From: Clostridia bacterium
Lineage (GTDB): Bacteria > Bacillota > Clostridia > Christensenellales > QALW01
Reading direction: 5' to 3'
DNA: 64,000 bases
NCBI GenBank assembly: GCA_045541035.1
Contig: JAZQII010000090.1
Location: forward strand, 9,175 to 73,174
The notes under the pieces were generated by a model that searched no databases, was not told where the DNA came from, and was given only the letters and a program-made list of their open reading frames with translations. A program made the position numbers and the translations under genes. Of the stretch, positions 50,304 to 59,968 are shown piece after piece; position 1 is the stretch's first letter; each line of letters begins with the position of its first letter.

Positions 50304-50537
50304 TTTTAACACCTCAAGAAATATTACGCGAAAATTTAACGGGATATACATAAAAATTTTCACATATTCTGCTTGTCAATAAAGAATCTCTGTGATAAAA
50401 TATCCATACAAATTGAAAGTTATGTAGGGGAATATTGCAAAATACTGCAATATTCATTTTGTATTACTCAAAAAATGACAGAAATAGTTGCATTTTTGCA
50501 ACATTATGAATAAAAACTTGCAAAAGAGGTAATTAAG

Positions 50538-52370
50538 TTGGCTAGAGAAGATATCAGGAATATTGCTATTATTGCTCACGTTGACCATGGAAAGACTACG
50601 CTTGTTGACGAAATGCTTAAACAAAGCGGTCTTTTCAGAGAAAATCAGCAACTTCAGGACAGAATGATGGATTCAGGCGACATCGAAAGAGAAAGAGGAA
50701 TCACAATTCTTTCAAAGAACACGTCTATCAGATATAAGGATACCAAGATCAACGTTGTTGATACTCCCGGACACGCAGATTTCGGCGGTGAGGTTGAACG
50801 TGTTTTAAAGATGACAAGCGGTGTTGTACTTCTTGTTGATGCTTTTGAAGGGCCCATGCCTCAGACTCGTTTCGTTTTATCAAAGGCACTTGAACTTGGT
50901 TTAAAGGTTATCGTTGTTATCAATAAGATGGATAGACCTGATGCCCGTCCCGATGGTGTTGCAGATGAAGTATTTGATCTTTTCATCGAACTTGGCGCTG
51001 ACGATTCACAGCTTGACTGCCCCTTTATCTATGCTTCGGGAAGATCAGGTACGGCATCTCTTGATCCTGAAAATCTTGGAACAGATATGGTTCCTTTGTT
51101 CGATGCTATCTTAAAGTATATTCCCGCACCTGAAGGCGATGCAACCGCGCCTTGCCAGATGCTTGTTTCCACCATCGACTATAATGAGTACGTTGGAAGA
51201 ATCGGTATCGGTAAAATTGAAAGAGGTACTCTTAAATCAGGTGATATGATCTCTCTTTGCACTTACGGCGAAGAAGGCGCAAGAGCCAACGTTCGCGTAA
51301 CAAGTCTTTCTGTTTTTGAAGGCTTAAAGCGCGTTCCCGTTGAAAGTGCTTCCGCAGGCGAGATCGTTGCAGTTTCAGGCGTTACGGAAATTAACATCGG
51401 GGACACTCTTTGTAAACCCGATTGCATTGAGCCTTTGCCCTTCGTTCAGATAACAGAGCCTACCGTAAGCATGACTTTTTCGGTAAACGATTCGCCCTTT
51501 GCAGGAAAAGAGGGTAAATATTTAACAAGCCGTCATATCCGCGCAAGGCTTTACAGAGAGATCGAAACAGACGTTTCTCTCCGCGTTGAAGATACCGAAT
51601 CTGCCGATAGTTTTAAGGTTTCAGGCAGAGGCGAACTTCATCTTTCGATCTTAATCGAGAATATGCGCAGACAAGGTTATGAACTGCAGGTATCAAAGCC
51701 TGAAGTTTTATATAAGGAGATCGACGGCAAGCGTTGCGAGCCTATGGAACGCGTTATTATTGACGTTCCCGATCAGTATTCAGGCACCGTTATTCAGCAC
51801 ATGGGAACTAACCATGGCGAAATGGTAAACATGATCTCGTTAAGCGATACAATGCGCAGAATGGAGTTTATCGTTCCTGCCCGCGGACTTTTCGGTTACC
51901 GCTCAACTTTTATGACAGATACTCACGGCGAAGGCGTTATGAACTCTGTTTTTGAAGGCTATGCGCCTTATAAAGGCGAAATGCCCGGAAGAAAGAACGG
52001 TTCGCTAATTGCTTTTGAAACGGGTGAAACAATTACTTACGGCTTATTTAACGCGCAGGAAAGAGGAACACTTTTCCTTGGCGCAGGCGAGCAGGTATAT
52101 TCAGGTATGATCGTTGGCGAAAGCTCAAGACCTGAAGATATCGAAGTAAACGTGTGCAAAAGAAAAAATATGACCAACTCACGTTCTGCGGGAAGTGATG
52201 ATGCACTTCATCTTGTTCCCCCCAAGCGCATGAGTCTGGAGCAGGCTCTTGAATATTTAGGCGAAGATGAGCTTGCTGAAATTACACCCAATAACATAAG
52301 AATCCGCAAAAAGATACTCGATCCCACGTTAAGGTACCGCGCGGCAAAAATAAATAACCGCCAGAACTAA
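50538..52370 (+). CDS. typA: Translational GTPase TypA/BipA
   Basis: IRNIAIIAHVDHGKTTLVD, DTPGHADFGGEVER, VSGRGELHL, NSRSAG. Confidence 0.97.
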   Translation: MAREDIRNIAIIAHVDHGKTTLVDEMLKQSGLFRENQQLQDRMMDSGDIERERGITILSKNTSIRYKDTKINVVDTPGHADFGGEVERVLKMTSGVVLLVDAFEGPMPQTRFVLSKALELGLKVIVVINKMDRPDARPDGVADEVFDLFIELGADDSQLDCPFIYASGRSGTASLDPENLGTDMVPLFDAILKYIPAPEGDATAPCQMLVSTIDYNEYVGRIGIGKIERGTLKSGDMISLCTYGEEGARANVRVTSLSVFEGLKRVPVESASAGEIVAVSGVTEINIGDTLCKPDCIEPLPFVQITEPTVSMTFSVNDSPFAGKEGKYLTSRHIRARLYREIETDVSLRVEDTESADSFKVSGRGELHLSILIENMRRQGYELQVSKPEVLYKEIDGKRCEPMERVIIDVPDQYSGTVIQHMGTNHGEMVNMISLSDTMRRMEFIVPARGLFGYRSTFMTDTHGEGVMNSVFEGYAPYKGEMPGRKNGSLIAFETGETITYGLFNAQERGTLFLGAGEQVYSGMIVGESSRPEDIEVNVCKRKNMTNSRSAGSDDALHLVPPKRMSLEQALEYLGEDELAEITPNNIRIRKKILDPTLRYRAAKINNRQN

Positions 52371-52382
52371 ATTTTTAAAGGA

Positions 52383-53546
52383 TTGATGAATTTGAAAACA
52401 GAAAAAAGATTCTGGGTAGTAGTTGCGCTTGTGTTTGTTGCTATTCTTGTTTGGCATATTACAAGTGCTATAATTCCGTCACTTGCGGCAGGTTTTAATG
52501 CGCTTACGCCTTTCCTGCTTGCATTTATAACTGCATATCTTTTAAGGCATCCCGTTATCTGGGTGGAAAATCTTTTGTCTTTGACAACAAAGAAGAAAAA
52601 ACACAGATGGCAGCACAGCGTAGCAAGTTTGTTTGTGCTTATACTGTTTTTAGGTCTTGCAGGATTGCTTATCGGAATGATGATTCCCGGTATTATCAAC
52701 AACGTTTCTGACGTTGTTGAAAATCTGCCCGGCTTTGTAAATTCTTTTATAGGTTTTGTAAAAGAACTCGTTGCCGATCTTTCTCAAAAACTTGATAAAG
52801 AAACGGGCGATAAGATTATCGAAATGGCAACCAATTTCGGCGGTCAGATCATATCTTTTATCACCAACGGTGCAGGCACGGTGGTAACGGGACTTACGGG
52901 CGTTATTACAAAAACTGCAAGTTTTGTTCTTGATTTTGTTCTTTACGTGGTGGCAAGTTTCATGCTTCTTCACGATTACGATAAAATCAAGCAGGCTCTT
53001 AAACGTTGTTTGAGACTTATTATTACAGAACCCGATAAATATGATGAATCTTGCATATTCCTTCACGATTGCGACGTTATCGTTGAAAAATACATCGTTG
53101 TAAGGCTTGTAACAAGTCTCGGTATCGGCATTGTAAGTTATTTCGGCTTCCTTTTGTTCGGATTGCCCTATTCGGTTTTACTTGCGCTTATTATTGCCAT
53201 AACTAACCTTATACCTTATATCGGACCTTTTGTGGGTGCGGTTCCCGTTGTGCTTATTGCTCTTGCATCAGGCGAGTTTTCAACGGTTATAGGTGTATGT
53301 ATATTTATGCTGGTAGTTCAGCAAATCGAAGGAAATATTTTAACACCGTTACTTACAAGCGATGCACTTGAAGTATCACCCATACTTGTGCTTATAGGCA
53401 TTGCGGTGTTCGGCGCGATGATGGGTATTCCCGGAATGATCATCGGTGCACCTATTGTTGCAATAATTTCAGGACTCGTTAAGCGAGCCATCGTTATTGC
53501 TGAAAAGAAAGCAGAAAAAAAGGAGAAAAACAATGAGATTAAGTGA
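52383..53546 (+). CDS. AI-2E family transporter
   Basis: PFLLAFITAYLL, TNLIPYIGP, QQIEGNILTP, GIPGMIIGAP. Confidence 0.88.
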   Translation: MMNLKTEKRFWVVVALVFVAILVWHITSAIIPSLAAGFNALTPFLLAFITAYLLRHPVIWVENLLSLTTKKKKHRWQHSVASLFVLILFLGLAGLLIGMMIPGIINNVSDVVENLPGFVNSFIGFVKELVADLSQKLDKETGDKIIEMATNFGGQIISFITNGAGTVVTGLTGVITKTASFVLDFVLYVVASFMLLHDYDKIKQALKRCLRLIITEPDKYDESCIFLHDCDVIVEKYIVVRLVTSLGIGIVSYFGFLLFGLPYSVLLALIIAITNLIPYIGPFVGAVPVVLIALASGEFSTVIGVCIFMLVVQQIEGNILTPLLTSDALEVSPILVLIGIAVFGAMMGIPGMIIGAPIVAIISGLVKRAIVIAEKKAEKKEKNNEIK

Positions 53547-54726
53547 AAAATGTCAAAAAGTTCAGGGTTCTGTAACCTTGCAGATAGATGCCAAAGCAAA
53601 ACAGATGAAGGCTGAAGGAAAGGATGTTGTTTCTTTCGGCGCAGGCGAACCTGATTTTCAGACACCTCAATATATTATTGATGCCGCCATTAAGGCATTG
53701 CAAGAGGGAAAAACAAAATATACTGCCGCGGCAGGTATTCCTGAGTTGAGAAAGGCAGTTTGCGGACTGACAAAGAAAAACTTGGGTATTGATTGCGAAT
53801 TTGATCAGGTAGTTATTTCCACCGGTGCAAAGCAGGCTTTGTTCAATGCACTTCAGGCAATAGTAAATCCCGGTGATGAAGTAATAATTTTTGCACCCTA
53901 TTGGGTAAGTTATCCTGAACTTGTTAAAATGGCTGACGGTGTTCCCGTTTTTGTAAACACCATTGAAGAAAAGGGATTTGCCATTGATTTTCAGGCACTT
54001 AACAATGCTTTAACCGATAAGACCTGTGCAATTATTTTAAACACACCTTCAAACCCCTCAGGCGCAGTTTTATCTGAAGAAGATATAAGAAAGATTGCAG
54101 ATATCGCAAAAGAACATGATCTCATGATTATTTCCGATGAAATCTACGATTGTCTTCTTTATGATGGGGCAAAGCATTTTTCGGTTATGCAGATCGATGA
54201 AGATATGCGCGAGAGAACTATTTTAATTAACGGTATGTCAAAGGCTTATGCCATGACCGGTTGGAGAATGGGTTATTCTGTCAGCAACAAAAAAATCGCC
54301 AAAATGATTGCAAGTTATCAGAGCCATGCAACGGGCAACCCCAACACCATCACACAGTACGCTACTCTTGCCGCGCTTGAAAGCGAAAATCCCGAATATG
54401 AAAAAATGCTTACAGAGTTTGATAAGCGCAGAAAGTATATGGTTGAAGCAGTAAATGCAATCAACGGTTTAAGCGCACAGACTCCTAAGGGCGCATTCTA
54501 CGTAATGGTATGCATTAAAGATATTATCGGAAAAAGTTATAACGGCAGAAAGATAAACGGCTCAATGGATTTTGCTGAAATTCTTCTTGATGAAACTATG
54601 ACTGCTGTTGTTCCCGGCGGACCTTTCGGTCTTGATAATTACATAAGACTTTCCTATGCAACAAGCATGGAAACAATTGAAAAAGGACTTTCACGAATCA
54701 AAAAATTTGCTGAAGGAGCGAAATAA
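53533..54726 (+). CDS. PLP-dependent class I aminotransferase (aspartate aminotransferase-like)
   Basis: GAGEPDF, PYWVSY, PSNPSG, SDEIY, SKAYAMTGWRMG; start re-called at MRLSEK. Confidence 0.92.
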   Translation: MRLSEKCQKVQGSVTLQIDAKAKQMKAEGKDVVSFGAGEPDFQTPQYIIDAAIKALQEGKTKYTAAAGIPELRKAVCGLTKKNLGIDCEFDQVVISTGAKQALFNALQAIVNPGDEVIIFAPYWVSYPELVKMADGVPVFVNTIEEKGFAIDFQALNNALTDKTCAIILNTPSNPSGAVLSEEDIRKIADIAKEHDLMIISDEIYDCLLYDGAKHFSVMQIDEDMRERTILINGMSKAYAMTGWRMGYSVSNKKIAKMIASYQSHATGNPNTITQYATLAALESENPEYEKMLTEFDKRRKYMVEAVNAINGLSAQTPKGAFYVMVCIKDIIGKSYNGRKINGSMDFAEILLDETMTAVVPGGPFGLDNYIRLSYATSMETIEKGLSRIKKFAEGAK

Positions 54727-56135
54727 TGCTTAAAATAGATAAGAATAACAGACTTTCGGAAAATGAATACAGTTATATGCTGCAGGACGTTGCCGAGCCT
54801 GAATTGTTCAGAACTTTTTATGAATATACTTCAATTCCCAAAGTAGGCTTTAATGAACGTCACGTGCCCATGGTTACACCTGAGGAACTGTGGATAACCG
54901 ATACCACGTTCCGTGACGGTCAGCAATCAACATCACCTTTTACTGTTGAGCAGATCGTTGACATTTTTAAAATGCTTTCACGTCTTTCAGGTCCTAAAGG
55001 AATAATCCGTCAGAGCGAGTTCTTCCTTTATAGCGAAAAGGACAGAAAAGCCGTTGAGAAGTGTATGGAGTTGGGACTTGAGTTCCCCGAAATTACCAGC
55101 TGGATACGCGCCAATCCTAAAGATTTTGAACTTGTTAAATCAATGGGCGTTAAGGAAACGGGTATTCTGGTAAGTTGTTCGGACTATCATATTTTCAAAA
55201 AAATGAACCTTACAAGATCAGGCGCAATGGAAAAATATCTTTCCATTGTAAAAGCGGCTCTGGAGCAGGGAATCGTTCCCCGTTGCCACTTTGAAGATAT
55301 TACCCGCGCTGATTTTTACGGCTTTGTTGTACCCTTTGCAACAGAACTTATGAAACTTGCCGAAGAAACGGGCATTCCCATAAAAATCCGCGCTTGCGAT
55401 ACAATGGGCTTTGGCGTATCCTATCCCGGTGCATCACTTCCCCGAAGCGTTCCCGGTATCATTTACGGTTTACATCACTATGCAGGCGTGCCTAACGGTC
55501 AGATCGAATGGCACGGTCATAACGACTTTTATAAAGTTGTTACCAATGCCGCAACTGCATGGCTTTACGGCTGCTCAAGCGTAAACTGCTCGCTTATGGG
55601 TATCGGTGAAAGAACGGGCAACTGTCCTTTGGAGGCTATGGCAATTGAATATGCATCTCTCCGCGGAACAACTGACGGAATGGATCTTTCCGCCATTACC
55701 GATATTGCACAGTATTTTGAACATGAACTTGGCTATGAAATTCCTGCAAACACTCCCTTTGTCGGAAGAAACTTCAATGCTACCCGCGCAGGTATCCACG
55801 CTGACGGTATGCTCAAAAACGAAGAGATTTATAATATTTTTGATACAAAGGCAATTCTTAACCGTCCTGCAATGGTTATCGTTGATGCAACAAGCGGTTT
55901 GGCAGGTATTGCTTATTGGATAAACGGCTATTATCATCTTGAAGGCGATCTTCAGATCGATAAAAAGCATCCTATCGTTGTAAAAATGAAGGAACTTGTT
56001 GATAAGGAATATGAATCAGGCAGAAATACCGCAATGGGCGATATTGAACTTGATACTATGTTAAGACAGCTTGATAATCACTTACATTCAGCCTTTGAAC
56101 ATCACCATATCGCAAAAAAATTGCTTGAAAAATAA
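54726..56135 (+). CDS. Re-citrate synthase (DRE-TIM family; often mislabelled isopropylmalate synthase)
   Basis: ITDTTFRDGQQS, FPEITSWIRA, SCSDYHIFKK, RCHFEDITRADFYGFVVPF, EWHGHNDFY, TRAGIHADG match the clostridial Re-CS pattern. Confidence 0.85.
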   Translation: MLKIDKNNRLSENEYSYMLQDVAEPELFRTFYEYTSIPKVGFNERHVPMVTPEELWITDTTFRDGQQSTSPFTVEQIVDIFKMLSRLSGPKGIIRQSEFFLYSEKDRKAVEKCMELGLEFPEITSWIRANPKDFELVKSMGVKETGILVSCSDYHIFKKMNLTRSGAMEKYLSIVKAALEQGIVPRCHFEDITRADFYGFVVPFATELMKLAEETGIPIKIRACDTMGFGVSYPGASLPRSVPGIIYGLHHYAGVPNGQIEWHGHNDFYKVVTNAATAWLYGCSSVNCSLMGIGERTGNCPLEAMAIEYASLRGTTDGMDLSAITDIAQYFEHELGYEIPANTPFVGRNFNATRAGIHADGMLKNEEIYNIFDTKAILNRPAMVIVDATSGLAGIAYWINGYYHLEGDLQIDKKHPIVVKMKELVDKEYESGRNTAMGDIELDTMLRQLDNHLHSAFEHHHIAKKLLEK

Positions 56136-56268
56136 AAGATTTTTATAAAATCAGGTATATTTAACAATATTTTTTAAAAAAACTTAAGTTTTTTATAAAA
56201 AAGGTATGGAAATTTATTCAAAAATAGTTTATAATACAAGTAACAAACATTAAGGAGGATTTTTTACT

Positions 56269-56682
56269 ATGATTAAAATTATCTATGGCAAAAAAGGAAC
56301 AGGCAAAACAAAGAAAATCATCGAATGTGCCAACGAGGCTTCAATGACCTTAAAGGGCAACGTTGCATTCCTTTTTAACAATAAGGATTATATCCACGAT
56401 CTTAAACATCAGGTTCGCTTCATCAATACCAGCGAGTACGGAATCAAGGGCGCATATCTTTTCCTTGGCTTCGTTTCAGGTCTTGTTGCTTCAAACTTCG
56501 ATCTTGAAAGAATCTATGTTGACGGTTTCTTAAAGCATATGGACCGTCCTATGGAAGAACTTGAAGATCTTTTCATCAAACTTGATAAGTTTGCAGGCGA
56601 GAACAGAATTGAGCTTATTCTTTCATTAAGTGCTGATAAGGAAGAAATTCCCGCATTTATGCAGAAATATTTAGTTGACTAA
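56269..56682 (+). CDS. Conserved clostridial small P-loop protein of unknown function
   Basis: IIYGKKGTGKTK N-terminus, FLGFVSGLVASNFDLERIYVDG. Confidence 0.7.
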   Translation: MIKIIYGKKGTGKTKKIIECANEASMTLKGNVAFLFNNKDYIHDLKHQVRFINTSEYGIKGAYLFLGFVSGLVASNFDLERIYVDGFLKHMDRPMEELEDLFIKLDKFAGENRIELILSLSADKEEIPAFMQKYLVD

Positions 56683-56696
56683 AAGGAAAAAAGAAT

Positions 56697-58178
56697 ATGT
56701 TATACACTTCCACAAGGGATTCTTCCCTTAAATACTCTGCGGCAAAGTGTTTCGTTCAGGGTATTTCAGGTGAAGGCGGGCTGTTCGTTCCCGAAAGCTT
56801 TCCCCAAATTAGCTTAGACGAAATAGCCTCTATGTCGGAAATGTCTTATTCCGAGAGAGCATTTACGGTGCTCTCTCGTTATTTAACGGACTTTTCCAAA
56901 GAGGAGTTAGAGGATTGCATCAAAGGTGCTTACGGCACTAAGTTTGATGAAAAAGGCGTTTGTCCCCTCCACTATACCGAGGATAAGGTTGCCGTTATGG
57001 AGCTTTATCACGGCCCCACGCTTGCTTTTAAGGATGTGGCTCTTCAGATTTTGCCTCATTTCTTAAAGCACGCCAAGAAAAAGGAAAATGAAAGTGCAGA
57101 TATCCGCATCTTAGTTGCAACAAGCGGTGATACGGGTAAAGCGGCTCTTGAAGGCTTCTCTGATGTTGATGGTATGGGCATCACCGTATTCTTCCCCAAC
57201 GAGGGCGTTTCAATGATGCAACAGCTTCAGATGACCACTCAGGAGGGCAAAAACGTTTTCGTTTGTGCCGTTAACGGCAACTTTGACGATGCTCAGACGG
57301 GCGTTAAAAAGATCTTTGCCGATAATAATATTAAGGACGAGCTTTTAAAGAAAAACGTTAAGCTTTCCTCAGCCAACTCCATTAACTGGGGCAGACTTGT
57401 GCCTCAGGTGGTTTATTACTTCTCAGCCTATGCAGATATGCTTAAGGATAAGAAGATAAAAATGGGTGATAAGGTTAACTTCGTTGTTCCCACAGGCAAC
57501 TTCGGTGATATTTTGGCAGGCTATTACGCTATGCGAATGGGTCTTCCCGTGAACAAGCTCATTTGCGCCTCCAATAAGAATAACGTTTTAACGGATTTCT
57601 TTGAAACGGGCGTTTATAATGCTAACCGCGAGTTCTATAAAACACAGTCGCCCTCAATGGATATTCTTATTTCTTCAAACCTTGAACGTCTTTTGTTTGA
57701 ACTTTCAGGCAGAGATGATAAATTTGTTGATGCGCTTATGCAGAAACTTAAAACTGTTGGCGAATATAAGATAACCGACGAAATGTTTAAAGAACTTACA
57801 AGTGTTTTCGGTGCAGGATATGCTGATGAAGATGCTACAAAGGCTGCCATTAAGGAAATGTGGCAGAATAAAAATTACTGCATAGATACTCATACGGCAG
57901 TTGGTGTTGCAGTATATGAAAATTATAAGAAAGAATCAGGGGATAATACGCCTACTGTACTTCTTTCAACTGCAAGCCCCTATAAGTTCCCGCATTCCGT
58001 GCTTGAAGCCATTTTCGGTGAAGCACCTGCTGACGAATTTATGGCGGCAGATAAATTAAAGGCTATGGGTGTTAAACAGCCTGAACAGATTTCAAGCCTC
58101 AAAACAAAAGAGATTTTACATAAAACTGTCTGCGATAAGGATGAAATGCCTCAGGCAGTATTAGGTTCGGTGAAGTAA
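56697..58178 (+). CDS. thrC: Threonine synthase
   Basis: YTSTR, ELYHGPTLAFKDVAL, ATSGDTG, SANSINWGRL, VPTGNFG, SPSMDILISSN, TASPYKF. Confidence 0.95.
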   Translation: MLYTSTRDSSLKYSAAKCFVQGISGEGGLFVPESFPQISLDEIASMSEMSYSERAFTVLSRYLTDFSKEELEDCIKGAYGTKFDEKGVCPLHYTEDKVAVMELYHGPTLAFKDVALQILPHFLKHAKKKENESADIRILVATSGDTGKAALEGFSDVDGMGITVFFPNEGVSMMQQLQMTTQEGKNVFVCAVNGNFDDAQTGVKKIFADNNIKDELLKKNVKLSSANSINWGRLVPQVVYYFSAYADMLKDKKIKMGDKVNFVVPTGNFGDILAGYYAMRMGLPVNKLICASNKNNVLTDFFETGVYNANREFYKTQSPSMDILISSNLERLLFELSGRDDKFVDALMQKLKTVGEYKITDEMFKELTSVFGAGYADEDATKAAIKEMWQNKNYCIDTHTAVGVAVYENYKKESGDNTPTVLLSTASPYKFPHSVLEAIFGEAPADEFMAADKLKAMGVKQPEQISSLKTKEILHKTVCDKDEMPQAVLGSVK

Positions 58179-58179
58179 A

Positions 58180-59184
58180 ATGGATGATAAAAAAACTATA
58201 TTTTCAGGCATACAGCCTTCAGGATGCGTAACTATCGGAAATTATTTAGGCGCACTTCGTTCATGGAAAGAATTGCAGAACGATTACAACTGCTATTTCT
58301 GCGTTGTTGACCTTCATGCAATAACAGTTCGTCAGACGCCTGCTGATTTAAGAAGACGTTGCGTTGAACTTTACGCTGAATATATCGCCTGCGGTCTTGA
58401 TCCTGAAAAGAACATAATGTTCTTCCAATCTCACGTGCCTGCCCATTCTGAACTTTCATGGCTTCTTACCTGCAACACTTATATGGGCGAAATGAGCCGT
58501 ATGACTCAGTTTAAGGAAAAAAGTAAAAAAGCAGGCGCCAACGTTGGGTTAGGTCTTTTAAGTTATCCCGTTTTAATGGCGGCAGATATTCTTTTATATA
58601 ACACCGATCTTGTTCCCGTTGGTGCTGACCAGAAACAACATCTTGAACTTGCACGTGATCTTGCTATCCGCTTTAATAATACTTATTCTGAAACCTTTAC
58701 CGTGCCCGATCCCTATATTCCAAAAAACGGCGCACGTATTATGAGTTTGCAGGATCCTTTAAGCAAGATGAGCAAAAGTGCTGAAAACGTTAACGCTTTT
58801 GTTTCTATTTTAGATGAGCCTGACGTTATTATGAAAAAGTTTGCCCGTGCGGTAACCGATTCCGACAGCCGTATTATTCACGATATTGAAAATAAGCCGG
58901 GCATCACAAACTTAATGGAAATCTATTCTGCCTGCACAGGTGAAACTGTTGAAAATATCGAAAAACTCTTTGAAAATAAGGGTTACGGTGATTTCAAAAA
59001 GGCAGTTGGCGAAGCAGTTGTTGAAACCGTTAAGCCTATTCAGGATAACTTTAAACGTATCATGACCGATAAAGCATATATCGAAAAATGTTTTACAATG
59101 GGTGCAGAACGCGCTTCCTACACCGCTAATAAAACTTTAGCAAAGGTGCAGAGGAAAATGGGACTTGCTTCCCGTAAACTTTAA
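58180..59184 (+). CDS. trpS: Tryptophanyl-tRNA synthetase
   Basis: SGIQPSG..TIGNY, VVDLHAIT, YPVLMAADILLY, VGADQKQH, KMSKS. Confidence 0.97.
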   Translation: MDDKKTIFSGIQPSGCVTIGNYLGALRSWKELQNDYNCYFCVVDLHAITVRQTPADLRRRCVELYAEYIACGLDPEKNIMFFQSHVPAHSELSWLLTCNTYMGEMSRMTQFKEKSKKAGANVGLGLLSYPVLMAADILLYNTDLVPVGADQKQHLELARDLAIRFNNTYSETFTVPDPYIPKNGARIMSLQDPLSKMSKSAENVNAFVSILDEPDVIMKKFARAVTDSDSRIIHDIENKPGITNLMEIYSACTGETVENIEKLFENKGYGDFKKAVGEAVVETVKPIQDNFKRIMTDKAYIEKCFTMGAERASYTANKTLAKVQRKMGLASRKL

Positions 59185-59207
59185 TTCATAGCACGAGAAG
59201 TCTTTGC

Positions 59208-59242
59208 AAACGAGCCACTGAAAAATCAGTGGCTCGTTTTTT
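59208..59242 (+). terminator. trpS terminator
   Basis: AAACGAGCCACTGA-aaaa-TCAGTGGCTCGTTT + T-run. Confidence 0.85.
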
Positions 59243-59343
59243 ATATGAGAAAGTTGTATTTCTTGTGAGAAAAATGTAAAAAATACTTGTTTTTAAGTGA
59301 AAACTGTGATACTATATTTATATATTATTTCTTGAGGTTTACT

Positions 59344-59916
59344 ATGCAGTTATTAAAGGATAAAATCTTAAAAGAGGGCAACGTTCTCCCAGGCAATATT
59401 TTGAAGGTGGACGGTTTTTTAAATCAGCAGTTGGACATTACTCTTATTCAGGAAATCGGTAAAGAGTTTGCCAAACGCTTTGAAAACGAGAAAATAACAA
59501 AGATACTTACCGTTGAATCTTCGGGGATAGGTATTGCTTGCATTGCGGCGCAGTATATGAATAACGTTCCCGTTGTTTTCGGTAAAAAACACAAAACTTC
59601 TAAAGTGGGCGATGAGTTTTATGCCACGAAGATTTTTTCTTTTACCCATAACAGAGAGTATGAAGTTACCATTGCCAAAAAGTTTATAAATGAAGACGAT
59701 AAAATTCTTATTATTGATGACTTTTTAGCAAACGGTGAAGCAGTTCACGGCCTTATGGATATTATTTCTCAGGCAGGGGCAACTTTGGTGGGTATCGGCA
59801 TTGCAGTTGAAAAAGGCTTTCAGGGCGGCGGAGACGCATTAAGAGAGAAAGGTATAAAACTTGAATCTCTTGCAATCGTTGATTCCATGGCTGATAACAG
59901 CATTTCATTCAGGTAA
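59344..59916 (+). CDS. xpt: Xanthine phosphoribosyltransferase
   Basis: ILKVDGFLNQQLD, LTVESSGI, IIDDFLANG, EKGFQGG; start re-called at MQLLKD. Confidence 0.92.
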   Translation: MQLLKDKILKEGNVLPGNILKVDGFLNQQLDITLIQEIGKEFAKRFENEKITKILTVESSGIGIACIAAQYMNNVPVVFGKKHKTSKVGDEFYATKIFSFTHNREYEVTIAKKFINEDDKILIIDDFLANGEAVHGLMDIISQAGATLVGIGIAVEKGFQGGGDALREKGIKLESLAIVDSMADNSISFR

Positions 59917-59968
59917 TAGCAGCTTCAGGCTGAAAAATATTACAAAAATAAAAAAGGAGAGAATTATT

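Noticed and set aside
54726-56135. leuA call
   Set aside because: Motifs fit Re-citrate synthase, and the LeuA regulatory domain is absent
58140-58180. T-box upstream of trpS
   Set aside because: trpS starts 1 bp after the thrC stop; there is no leader
59243-59343. Purine riboswitch expected upstream of xpt
   Set aside because: No aptamer consensus is visible and the promoter-like sequence leaves too short a leader
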